Source of the DNA: Carcharhinus amblyrhynchos | Lineage: Eukaryota | Direction: 5' to 3' | DNA: 64,000 nt | Assembly (NCBI GenBank): GCA_965287045.1 | Contig: OZ336888.1 | Location: 19,468,001-19,532,000 of the forward strand | Part shown: one piece after another, positions 13,401 through 25,570 of the stretch | How positions within the stretch are numbered: position 1 is the stretch's first letter | Layout: each line of letters starts with the position of its first letter | Translations under genes and position numbers: made by a program | The notes under the pieces: model-generated | Databases searched by the model: none | What the model was told of the DNA's origin: nothing | What the model saw: only the letters and a program-made list of their open reading frames with translations

Positions 13401-13473
13401 GCAATTGGGACTAGCTTAGGGATTAAGTTGGGCCAAAGGGCCTGTTTCCATGCTATAAACCTCTATGACTCTA
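10470..13473 (+). mobile_element. Long decayed CR1 LINE (end of ORF1, full-length but broken ORF2, 3' UTR)
   Basis: EN motifs DIIAITETW, VDFNFPDI, TSDHNSI; RT motifs PQGSVLG, EFADD; many stops and frameshifts; tail ctctatgactcta. Confidence 0.92.
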
Positions 13474-14429
13474 ATTTGCATGTATTATTGGCAGCTGCCA
13501 TTTCTGGGATTGACCAGCAAAAAGCAGTGAGGACTGGATGATGTGCACTCCTGAGTTGGTTCCTGTCTTCACATACCATTGCTCCACCAAAAAACTTGTT
13601 TGGGCGACAGAAAGGCAAGTGGTGTCTGCATTATTTTGGAAAAGGCATAATATTAGTGGTAATAGAGAGAACTCTCTAGACAGAAAATATCACATTACAT
13701 CAATGTCAAATGCATAGTATACCTTGGGAGTAAATAATGAGGCACATTGGATTGGGACATTCTGTGAGTTCAAGGTTATAATTATTAGTTCATTAGTCCA
13801 GTGTAAATGTGGTCATCTTGTTGCTTTTGGACTGGGTTACTGGAAATCAAATATTTGTTTGGTTTCAGGGTAACTAAGAAAAAACACTAAGAACAATGGC
13901 AGCAGCAAAAGCAAAGAACCACAATTGATTCTCAAATGTGCTTCTCCCTGTGCAGATTGCAAACCATTTGCCTGTTCAGAGCTTCTCCAGTGAATGTGCT
14001 GAAGCCAAAAAAATGAAAGCAGTGGTTGCGAAGGTCAGCCTGATTTGAACATGTGTAGTTGTTTCACAACAAAAATTTTAAACTACCTTTTTATTCAAAA
14101 ACTTTGCCAATTACCAGCTAAGGTTCACAAATACAAATAATGATGAAACTGCTCACTTCTTGGACATAAATGAGCTGGAAGGTTCCAATCCTGTTTGTAG
14201 CCACGTTCATTTGTCAGCTGTTTCTATTCCCTCCTGCCAAAAAATTCCCCATTCTGCAAACAGTAGCATGAGGGATTTGAAAGGGCACCTGCATTATATA
14301 AATCCAATTTGTGATCCGCACTAACAAACAATATTTCATAATGCTCATTATAAAAGCTCCATTTTACGATCAATACTAGAAAATCCTGATTTAATGATTT
14401 GTGTTATGAAAGTCCCATTCTATGATACG

Positions 14430-14790
14430 AACAAGAAGTATGAGTAAGTCATTCAGCCCTTAGAGCAAGCTCCACCATTTTATAGATCATAGCTGATCTG
14501 ATATTAACCTCAAATCTGCATTCCCCCCAGTCCCAATAACCTATCAGCTCTTTGCTTACTAAGAATTTACCAACTTCTGCTTTAAAAGCACTCAAAGACT
14601 CGCCTTACACCACCTTTTCAAGAAGAGTTCCAAAGTTGCATGAGTGAAAATTTTGCTTCATCTCTGTTTAATTGGACAGTCTTTTTTTTTTAAACAGCGA
14701 CCCCTAGTTCTAGACTGTCTCACAAGAGTAAACATTCTCTCCACATCCACTCTGTCAAGACCGTTCAGGATCTTACATGTTTCAATCAAC
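14430..14790 (-). mobile_element. CR1 3' fragment
   Basis: Reverse-complement CR1 3' UTR and ORF2 end (cccctagttctagac...ctctccacatccactctgtcaag). Confidence 0.7.
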
Positions 14791-15034
14791 TTGTATTAAG
14801 AAGTCCCAATCCATAATCTATATCAGGAAAATCCCATTGCATATATTGGTTTTAGACTTTTGCTGGAAAACATATAGCATGAATGATGAGATGTCACAAT
14901 ATAACAATTTAAAATCTATTTACCCTTCTGGACACATGTTGTTGTCAGCTCTTTTACCCTGGACTTAATTTTGTCTGTTTCCTTGACCAGTTTCCTGACC
15001 GGACTGATCTGAACCATTTTATATATGCCACATT

Positions 15035-15159
15035 GGCTGGAATTCTTTGGTCTTGCACACCCCGCTACCACTGCCAGCAAGAACGGAGAATTTGGTGCTC
15101 AGCCAAATTCCAGCACGACTGGAAAATCCCAGCCGTGAATGAGGTCGGAGAATCCGGCC
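15035..15159. mobile_element. Short MITE, PIF/Harbinger-type
   Basis: Imperfect TIRs ggctggaattct / agaatccggcc; 3-bp TSD ATT. Confidence 0.65.
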
Positions 15160-18100
15160 ATTAAGTCTTGTCTATATCATATAGAATGACAAGCTGTTGT
15201 AGTTTGCAGCACAATTCCAGGTTCTGATGACATCCCTTAACCAAACAAACTGCTTTTTGTATTAATGAAGTTATCTGAATACTAAAATTTGCTGCAATTT
15301 TGTAGCACTGGCCAATATGTAACCCAGCACAAAGCATCCCTTGATCTATATATATATATAAAAAGCATCAAATGCTACACAAAGCAGTTTGATTCCAGGA
15401 ACAATCATTGTCCATATACAGAGCCATTTTTTTTGTCAGAACTATAATCAATGAAATTGAATTATACAATGCAACATTTCATCAATGCAGGAATCTGAGT
15501 GCTACTAGCCACAATTTAGTAATAGAAAATGGAAAAAAGTCCGTTAAATATTTTCAAGGAGTATGTATACCATGATATGATTGCAGTCTGTGAAGGTTAG
15601 ATAAGGGGTATCACATGCTTTCTTATCACATTTTAACATTTTAAATCTTTTGGATACGCAAAAGATTTGCACAATTTCTCAAAGTCTCAATGAGAGAGCA
15701 ACTGGAGGTTATTATATGGCAAATATGACTTATGACAAATAAATATGGAGTAACATGAAATCACAAATACATAACTTTTGATGTGTAATGGTTTAATATT
15801 AAGGCTAGACAATCTATAAGCAGATAATTTTAAAGATTTCTTCCAAATAAATAATATTTTGACTAAAGCATAATAACTTCATTTTGACTAAAGCATTTGG
15901 TTTTGGATTTTGTACAAGTATTTCCAACCACTTAACACATATTCTTTTTGTACACTTATCTATATATCTACAAATATTGTTGCATAAAATATGAGTTCAC
16001 TACTCTATTTCCAAATGTGCAAATTAGACACAGTATATAGAATCCATTTTTTTTATCCTCTTCATAAATCTTGGTAAAAAGTGCATCACGGATGTGATGG
16101 AAATGATAAGCGTTCCATTTTATCGTTTTTCAGTACTCGCTAAATGCTGTATATCTCCATGTATATGTCCAATTTGTAGGAATTATAGTAGTTTCACAAC
16201 AAAGTTCCACTGAATTTGCATTCACCCCAGAAATTAGCCAACCCAAGAATGAAAAACAATTGCTTGTCTGTACGTATCAATGATCTCATAGGCTGCTTGT
16301 AAGATATCAGTAATTGAGAATTCTTTGAATAATCTACATTTAATCATTTACTGAACAATGCCTCAACCAATACTGTAACTAACACAGGAAGGCCACACTT
16401 CTCTATCACCATTGAAAAATATATTTTTTCCCATGGACAGCTTATATTGGTTTCAAAAATAGCACAGTCTTGTTAACTGTTTCATTAGTAATTTTTGATT
16501 TTATTCTTCTGCATACATGTGAAGACAGAATGAAACATTTAGTAACATTAAACAACTCTGCAAATTTTAAAGCTTTCCTTTTTTGTTGCTTTGTTTGGAC
16601 CTTATTACCAATTCAGATCTTTCTCCGACACCAAGTAATAGTGACATAATTTTTAATGATTAATAATACATTAGTTACTGATTATGGTTATCAATTTGAT
16701 ATAAGAATTCAAAAGGCAGTTTACCTACAAATTAACTTGAAAGGAGCCTGTATTGTTTTTAATCAAAGCAATTTCAAACCCTTCAAATAGTATCACAGGT
16801 GCGTCATCACATTTTAATAGATTATATACTTTACAGAATGCTTGGAAGTTGATATACAAATTAATTCCATGAACAAATTCCCAACAGTACATTGAAGTTA
16901 CAAAGACACAGTGTCACTCTTACTTGTCAATGCACAATGCATTTGCAAGTGTCATTCAGCCTTTCATCTCAGCTTTGCATATAAGTTGAAAGCATTTAAT
17001 ATATGCTTAGCAAATATATGAGTAGAGCAAGCAGCCATAAGAGTTTTTAAATGAATCAGCAAAATCTTGGGTAGAATTCATATTTTCCACATATTAATAA
17101 AATTTTCAAATTGGTTATGATTTCATAACTGAGCTGTTAGTGTAATATGATGGCCTCACTTGACTTAAATCTGTATTCCAACGTATGTATAAAAATCTAG
17201 AAAGCTTTTGTGATATTAAGAAACAGTCCATAATATTTTTTCATTTTTAAACTGTTTTCAATGATTTCTACTGCAGGCAATTTAAAAGGAGCCTATCTGA
17301 ATTTTGCAGAATATTGACAGTGCCGTAACTACCCACCATTCCGTGTGCTCTTCCCTTATTATTCACCGCAACAAACTGGCCACTTGTCCACACCTCTTTC
17401 TATAGTTCAAATTTGTATTAGATCAAAGGAGAGAGAATAGGTATTATATAATTTGATACACAAAAACACATATACCCAACAAGTATGTTATATTCACTCT
17501 GAGCAGGTGTTACAAAATGCAGATAACAGCATAGTTCAAACAGTTGTTCTGATTTCCTTTCCCCTCCCCACCATCAGCTGTGGTTCTGTGGGTAGCATGT
17601 TTGCCTCCGTGTTCAAGTCCTACTCACTCCATGATGTGAGCGCAAAAACCAAAGCTGACACTTCACTGCAGTACTCTGATGCCCCCGTTTTGATCAGACA
17701 GCTAAACAAGGACCCATCTGTTTGCTTGGTGGATGTGGATGATCCCACAACACCATTTTGAAGAATTGCAGGAGATCTGTCCCTGGAGTCCTGGTCAATA
17801 TTACTCCCTCAGTCAATTTTACAGGAAAACAAATTATCCGGTCATTATCACTTTGCTGTTTGGGGGTTTGCGCCATGTATAAATTAGCTGCTGCATTTCC
17901 TACGTTGCAACAGTGACTAGTGTGATAATATGATTGGGGTCCAGTTTTAAAGCCAATTAAATTGGATATTATGCTAAATTACAGAATTGGCATATTAAAA
18001 TCAAACACAGTCAAACCTCAGGCAGGCCAAGCTTGACTAAGGTCAAATATACAAATACACTGAAACATGTCTGGGCCTGGCCCATCAATCAGAAGATCAT

Positions 18101-18164
18101 TGCACTCTACTGAGACCCAGAAGATCATCGCACTCCATTGAAATGCAGTGGCCTATTGTTAGAA

Positions 18165-18307
18165 TGTAAACTGGGTGTGCCTTTATATGCCCTGGTTATG
18201 ATCAGAACTCTCCACTCACCTGACGAAGGAATAACGTTCCGAAAGCTAGTGGCGTTTACTACCAAATAAATCTGTTGGACTTTAACCTGGTGTTGTGAGA
18301 CTTCCTA
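18165..18307 (+). mobile_element. Penelope-like terminal fragment inside the solo LTR
   Basis: Homologous to the reverse complement of 22225-22380; 12-bp TSD CTATTGTTAGAA (18153-18164 / 18308-18319). Confidence 0.85.
18217..18251 (+). ncRNA. Minimal type I hammerhead ribozyme (Penelope-associated)
   Basis: CAC-CUGACGA-A-GGAA(UAACG)UUCC-GAAA-GC-UA-GUG: intact core, stem I CAC/GUG, palindromic AGCU stem III. Confidence 0.75.
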
Positions 18308-19111
18308 CTATTGTTAGAAGCCCAGATTGGGCCAGACTTTCTGTCACCTAGAGTTCCTGCAGTTATTTTATTTGGTAACAGGTTACATGTAAGCAACAGC
18401 CTGGAGATGGACACCTGGGGTGGACCCCATTGTCCTGTCAGGCAGACATCAAGAAACCTACTGGTTATTAGGACCCCTTCCCAGAACCTCATTGGCCAGA
18501 AACTAGAGAAGTTTCTGGACAGGCAGGCAGGTGAGGAATAAAGGTATGCATTTCAGACACACCAACTGCGAAGACTCGATGAGGGAGGCAACCTTGACCA
18601 TCAGGAAGACTGACCAGAGAAGGATGGAAGAAGCTGCCATTAAGACTCACATTTGTGATGAAGCACAAGAGGGACTCAGAGAATCGGGCCTGCAGTCTAA
18701 CCAAACCATCTTTGCGGGTAGTATACTTGAATCTGGGGTACCCTCTTGTTTTATGTGGGTAATTTAAGGGTTAATAGTGTTATTATTAATAAACTTATTG
18801 AACCTTACCTGGGTGTTTGTCTGTCTTGCAAATAAGGAGACTGGGGTAAACCTTTAAGTGAACTGATAAAAAGTATCTGAGAATTACAGGTACAACACTA
18901 GACTTCAGAAATACAACATTGGCTGTAAAGCGGTTACAAATAGTTTTGTACTGAATAGGTGTTTGCCATAGAGTCTTGGCAGTCACATAGGAAATTTAAA
19001 TCTATGTTTCCATTAATTCATCTAATCAAGTTGTGAGTGCCAGTAGATATTGGTTGTTTGTTTTAAAATGTAAAACAAATAATTAACCACACATTAATAT
19101 GATGCAACAGA

Positions 19112-20490
19112 TAACCTCAAAGAACAAAAACAGCCCGGGAAACAGGCCCTTCGGCCCAACGAGCCCACGCCACCATTTTAACATTACTAGTCCCCCCCTC
19201 CACCCATGACCCTTATCTATTATTTTACGGCAATCCACATTGAGGGACAATGTATTACTTCCAATCAGCCTAATAGCACATCTTTGGGGTGTGGGAGGAA
19301 ACCGGAGCACCCGGAGAAAACCTACGCGAGCACGGGGAGAATGCGCAAACTCCCACAGACACCGGCCCAAATCCATGTGTCTGCACAGCAATCAGCAATA
19401 GTCACTGAGCTGTCGTGTTTCCCAGCATCTGGTCCAGTTTAAACACACACTAACGACATGAGGCACTAGGCCGATCTCGAACAATCAAGAGCAGCCCAAG
19501 TACGACCCATCACGTGTATGCCCCTCGTTGGACAACAAGGTGGACCGACTTAAAACCTGTGAATGAAAAGAGAAAAAACATTATTATCATACAATATCCA
19601 TTTACCTTACCAGGGACACCCCAATGCTAATGAACCTTATTTAAAACAATCTCCAACCCACTCATGTGCCTGTCTAAGTTACTCTTAAACAACTCTAGCG
19701 TGTTTGCCTCCACCACCTTACTTGGCAGAGCATTCCATACCCCCACTACCCTCTGTGTGAAAAATCTCCCTCTAATACCTGTGTTATACCTCTCCCCCCT
19801 CACCTTAAGCCTATGGCCCCTCGTACTGTGTGTCTCTAACACAGGAAATAGCTTACCTCTGTTTACTCTATACCCTTCATAATCTTATATACCTCTATTA
19901 GATCTCCCCTCAGTCGCCGTCTTTCAAGGGAAAACAGCCCCAATTTGTTCAATCTTTCCTCATAACCCAGTCCTTCCATACCAGGCAACATCCTGGTAAA
20001 CCTTCTCTGCACTCTCTCCAGAGTCTCCACGTCCTTCCGGTAGTAAGGCGACCAGAACTGGACGCAGTACTCTAAATGCGGCCTAACCAACATTCTGTAC
20101 AACTGCAACATTAGACTCCAGCTCTTATATTCTATACCCCTTCCTATAAAGGCTAACATACCATAGGCTTTCTTCACAACCTTCTCCACTTGTACTGCCA
20201 CCTTCAAAGACTTGTGCACTTGCACCCCCAGGTCTCGCTGCGATTCTATACTCCTTATGGGCTTACCCTTTATCATATAACTCCCCTCTACATTATTCCG
20301 GCCAAAATGCATCACCTCACATTTATCCGGATTAAACTACATTTGCCATATATCTGCCCAATATACCAGCCTATCAATATCCCGTTGTATTGCCAGACAC
20401 TGCTCCTCACTGCCCGCCAATCCAGCCATCTTGGTGTCATCAGCAAATTTGCTGATCACACCACTTACTCCCTCTTCCAACGGTACCTGC
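19112..20490 (-). mobile_element. CR1 LINE (5'-truncated) with a long 3' UTR ending in a V-SINE-like body
   Basis: ORF2 pieces 20337-20522, 19863-20315, 19627-19842; V-domain gtctgtgggagtttgcgcattctccccgtg...tttcctcccaca at 19370-19260. Confidence 0.85.
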
Positions 20491-20574
20491 AACACATTAC
20501 CCAATAACACATTGTACAACACATCCAGCTAATACAACACATTAATCTCACACAACCCATTAACCTAATACAGC

Positions 20575-21185
20575 TGCTTCCTATTCACCTTGTTCTTACC
20601 CCTCATAATCCTATACACCTCAATCATGTCACCCCCTCAGCCTTCTCTGCTCTAGAGAAAACAATCCAAGCCTATCTTTATAGCTGAAATGTTCCATCCC
20701 AGGCAACATCCTGGTGAATCTCCTCTGTTACTTCTTCAAGTGCAATCACATCCTTCCTATAGTAAGGTGATCGGAACTGCACACAGTAATCCAGCTGTGG
20801 CCTAACCAATGTTCTGTACAGCTCCAACAATACCTCCTTGCTCTTATACTCTATGCCACGACATAAAAGCAAGTGTCCCATTTGCCTTCTTAACTGCCCC
20901 ATTCACCTGCTCTGTCGCTTTCAGTGGTCTGTGAATAAATACCCCAAGAATCCTCAGTTCCACTGAGCTTCGTCATGTCCTCCCATTCACTACATATTTC
21001 CTTGTCTTATTACTTCCTCCAAAGTGCATCACCTCACACTTACCAGAGTTAAATACCACCTGTCACCGCTCTGCCTATCTGACCAGCCCATCTACACCTT
21101 CCTGGAACCTGTGACCTTTTTCTTCACTATTAACCACCCTACCAATCTTGGTGTCATCTGCAAATTTACTTATCATTCCCCCCAC
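20575..21185 (-). mobile_element. CR1 ORF2 fragment
   Basis: KFADDTKIG...GIEYKSKEVLLELYRTLVRPQLDYCVQF. Confidence 0.85.
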
Positions 21186-22221
21186 ATTATATCTATATAA
21201 TTTGTGTACATCTCATCATCTGAGGATGATGGTAGATCAGATCCCTGGTTGGGTTTGTATTAAATTTAGGTGGAAAATTAAGTCTATGCAAAAAAGTGCA
21301 TTCTGTAATAGATTTCAGGCCATCATCTAATTCATGCATCGTCCAGTAGTTCAGGCAATGTTCACATCCTTCAATGCATCCGAAACATAATTTTGGCTGA
21401 ATCCATACATATCATAGATTTCATCCAAAAGCAAAATTACCCACCTCGAACCCTGCTCTGTAGATTTGGACTGTATTATAAATTCATTCATGAAAGGGAA
21501 ATGGGCAAACATGGGTTCAATTTAATAATTAAGGTATGCCACAAAATTCAGAAATAAATATAAATGTATGATATTGTATGCATAGATGCCTTCTGAAAAC
21601 AAATGCATTTCTTTGCACAGGTAGTCATAGAAACCATCATTATTTTCGTTATCCATATTGATTCTGATTGCCTTCAATTCCATTTCTAACAGGAATGGTG
21701 GAGAGGCTATTGGTGAGTATGAATATTCCTTGAAGTTAAAATCCAAATCATAATCATCTTACATTGATTCCAAGTTATTTTAATTTATTTTTTTATGCTA
21801 ATTGTTGAATGCCGTATGATAAATTTTCAAGAACAAAACCACAATCATTAATCTCCAATTGGTCAGCAAGTATTAATATTACGGAATGTGCTGGCACTCT
21901 CTGTACATAAAATCTGACTGCAAACTAGTCTAGAAACCTAATAGGAAACAAAAATGGCCACCTTGGGGTAATGTCTCCTCTTTCAGCTGGCAGTCTATAT
22001 TACTGGAACTCTCCTGTTATCTTGAATACAATGGAAATGTTCTTACCAGATTTTGGCAATGCATCGGATCAGGTGAGAAAAATGGAGTGAATCCTGCTGA
22101 TGGCCCCAGCCTAATGCTTGACTGGATCTTGAGCCTTATTGACAAAAGTTTTAATGGCCACGAGAATAATGCCATGCCCGTGGCAGCCTCCCTCTGATTC
22201 GCCCACCATGGCTCCACCTAA

Positions 22222-23345
22222 TCACAGTAAGAAGTCTCACAACACGAGGTTAAAGCCCAACAGGTTTATTTGGTAGCAAAAGCCACTAGCTTTCGGAGCA
22301 CTTGCTGCCCCTTTGTCAGGTGAATGGGAGTTCTATTCACAAACAGGACCATATAAAGACACAAACTCAATTTACAAAATAACGATTGGAATGCGAGTGT
22401 TTAAAGGTAATCAAGTCTTAAAGGTACAGACCATGTGACTGGAAAGAGTGTTAAGCACAGGTTAAAGAGATGTGTATTGTCTCCAGACAGGACAGTAAAT
22501 GAGATTTTGCAAGTCCAGGCAAGTCATGGGGATTACAGATAGTATGACATGAAACCAAGATCCCAGTTGAGGCCGTCCTCGTGCATACGGAACTTGGCTA
22601 TCAGTCTCTGCTCAGCGACTCTGCACTGTTACGTGTTGTGAAAGCCGCCTTGGAGAACACTTACCCAAAAATCAGAGGCTGAGTGCCCAAGACTGTGGAA
22701 GTGTTCCCCAACAGGAAGAGAACAGTCTTGCCTGGTGATTGTCGAGTGGTGTACATTCATCTGTTGTCATAGCGTCTGCATAGGTCTTCCCAATGTACCA
22801 TGCCTCGGGATATCCTTTCCTGCAGCGTATCAGGTAAACAACATTGGCTGAGTTGCAAGAGTATGCACCGTGTACCTGGTGGATGGTGTTCTCATGTGAG
22901 ATGATGGCATCCGTGTCGATGATCTGGCACATCTTGCAGAGGTTGCTGTGGCAGGATTGTGTGGTGTCGTGGTCACTGTTCTCCTGAAGGCTGGGTAGTT
23001 TGCTGCGAACAATGGTCTGTGTGAGGTTGTGCGGTTGTTTGAAGGCAAGAAGTGGGGGTGTGGGGATGGCCTTGGCGAGAAGTTTGTCTTCATCAATGAC
23101 ATGTTGAAGACTCCAGAGAAGATGTCATAACTTCTCCGCTCTGGTGAAGTACTGGATGACGAAGGGTACTCTGTCCACCATGTCCTGTGTTTGTCTTCTG
23201 AGGAGATTGGTGTGGTTTTTCTCTGTGGCGCATTGGAACTGTCGATTGATGAGTCGAGCACCATATCCTTATATTCTAGATAGTTAAAATTGTCTTCTTA
23301 TGAGGGCATCTTTCAGCATCTGGAGGTGTCTGTTGCGATCCTCCA
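22222..23345 (-). mobile_element. Penelope-like element, 3' part with GIY-YIG endonuclease
   Basis: YSCNSANVVYLIRCRKGYPEAWYIGKT (GIY-YIG); the terminal region carries a mutated hammerhead (CUGACAA) at 22284-22322. Confidence 0.88.
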
Positions 23346-24519
23346 TGCAATGAGGCCAACACTGCGAGTTGGTATCCATAGTGAAAACCTTGCCACAGGA
23401 TGCCAGCTTCATGGTTCATCTCATGGCCTCCCTGTCTGAGGGCATGAGATGATGCAAGGCTTCAACTGCATGGTGTAGGCACTGGTGGGAATCCATGAAT
23501 ATTTGTAACAAAGGAGGGTGGGGCTTCTGGACCCCACTCCAGCTGCCCCTTTATCCCATGGGGGACCCCCAGGCCTATCAGGCACCTGAAGGTTTGAGGA
23601 TCATTTGCTGCACAGCCCAGGGCCTTCCACCCAATAGACTTAGTGGGTGTCTAGTCTGAGTCCCTGTGAGCAACACTCCTCCACCCCTTCACACAATGAG
23701 GACAGCACAGCAACAACGGGTTTAAATTAATTGGATTAACATATTGTGAAAAGGGGAAATTATGTGCAATCAAAGGCAGAATAGGTGAACGTGCTGAAAA
23801 ATGAGAAGATAATTAGTTTAGGGTAACCCGGAAAAATAAAGGGAGGAATCTGGAGGGTGAAATTCTCGCGTGTTATTGCCAGATATGAGACATAATTTCA
23901 TAATAAGCCAGGCTGAACCAGTATCACACATTTATCAATAGACTTGGTTAACTTTTAAACTGCAACCACAAAAATGACTCTGCTTCCCCAAACTAAGGGT
24001 TGTAATGAGGAACATGGTTACATTTGTTTGTTTAGAAATCAATTCCAGTAATCTAAATTACATTCAATTATTGGTACTTTCCAGTATGTTCATTTACAGG
24101 TACTGTAAAATACATTCATTAGTATTTTACTGACAATACAATATGTGGCGTTGTGTAAAATGCGGCTATTTAGAAAACAGGTATTTCACTGTACATATTT
24201 AACATTTATTTTGATGTTAGTAATTGTACTGATTAAAATGTACCAATCAAGCTGTAATTTTGTGGAATTGTGGACAATTTAGAGTATTTTTGTTATGAGT
24301 TAAATGTATAATTAAAAGAGCATTCATTTATTTAGAAATGCACTGGTAAGTTGAAGTGGATCATTTCATTACCTGGATTGATCAGGTGACTATATGGTTT
24401 AAAGTAGACAGCTACTTAAGATTGAAAGTTAACGCTGAACTACGTGAAATAAAAATGACACTAATTAATTATTTAGACTTACACAGGAATTTAAAATGCA
24501 TTAACTTTAGACTTAACTG

Positions 24520-25180
24520 GCAACAACATAAGGCCGTTTAGTCCTGAACTGTTCCATAGTTCATTACATCATGGCTGGTCACCACTTTAATTCCAGTTAC
24601 TTCCTTTGATCCTTGTTCCTTGATATGCTTCCCCAATATAAACCTGTCAATCTCAGTTTTGAAAATTTAACTTCATCCAGCATCCCCATCTTTTAGGAAC
24701 AAAGAATTCCAGTTTCCACTAACATTTGTGTGTAAAATGTTTCCTGATTTCATTTCAGTGACCAAGTTGATTGAACCCTTGTTCTGGATTCCTCAACTAC
24801 AGGGATTAGCTTTCCTGAATCTACCCTGAAAGATACCCAAATTATTTTAAACACCTCAATTAGATTATCCCTCAGCAGTGGAATGCAACTCAAGCTGCTG
24901 GTCCACATCCTGCCTTCATAATTTGACCTCTTAAGACCTGGTATAATTTCAGTGAATCTGCACTACACCCAATCCAAAGATAATATATCCCGCTTGAGGT
25001 GCATGGCCCAAAATTAAGCATAATGCTCCAGGTCAGGTCTGACCAAAGCTTGGTACACCAAAAACATAACTTTGCTTTTTGTATTCCAGTGCCTGGCACC
25101 CCCCTACCTCTGCCCCACCTCCTATCCCCTACCCCCACCCCCTACCCCAACTCACCCATTTGAGATAAAAGCAATCATTT
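24520..25180 (-). mobile_element. Old CR1 3' fragment
   Basis: Decayed LVRPDLEH...ILSLDWVQ.RFT motifs followed by a CR1 3' UTR. Confidence 0.7.
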
Positions 25181-25264
25181 CATGAGAAGCATAGAATCAT
25201 ACAGTGCAGAAAAGGCTCTTCAGCTAATGGGGTCCACACTGACATGCAAGGAACACCTGTCCTC

Positions 25265-25570
25265 CCCCATCAGCTAGAAGAATGTAAATTTAAATTAAAC
25301 TGTTTAAACTCCATAGCATTGCTTTGACCAATTGAAGTTAACCTGCCTGGTTTGAATTTGAAACAGAAGTTTGACAGTTAACTGTTCTCTGCTGTATTCC
25401 CATGGCAACACCTCTAAATCCACTCACCAACCAATCAGCTCTCTTCCTTCTCATGCAGTGTGAATTGTTGTTCCCTTTACTGTTGATATTTTCTTGCAAG
25501 CTGTGCAGATGAGTGCAAGATAAAAAGCTTTGATAGCTTGTCAATTTATTCAGAAATACTCAAGTTCATT
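25265..25570 (+). mobile_element. Repeat fragment, probably a Penelope-related terminus with a decayed hammerhead
   Basis: tgtgcagatgagtgcaagataaaaagctttgata resembles CUGAUGA-GU(GCAAG)AC-GAAA-AGCU-UC. Confidence 0.4.

Larger units (their letters stand above)
17921..18897 (+). mobile_element. Solo LTR
   Basis: TGT...ACA termini, 4-bp TSD CTAG (17917-17920 / 18898-18901), AATAAA at 18788-18793, internal ~25-bp tandem duplication at 18090-18141. Confidence 0.75.
17575..18935 (+). mobile_element. DeuSINE (SacSINE1/AmnSINE1-like), 17575-17920 plus 18898-18935, split by a solo LTR
   Basis: tRNA-like head (gttcaagtcc); Deu-domain-like gatcccacaacaccattttgaagaa...gtcctggtcaatatt; tail cagtgacta|...acttcagaaatac..cattggctgtaaagcg. 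Confidence 0.7.

Noticed and set aside
13956-14033. Plus-strand 78-nt exon-like open frame (IANHLPVQSFSSECAEAKKMKAVVAK)
   Set aside because: Weak donor (gtcagc), no recognisable homology and no partner exons.
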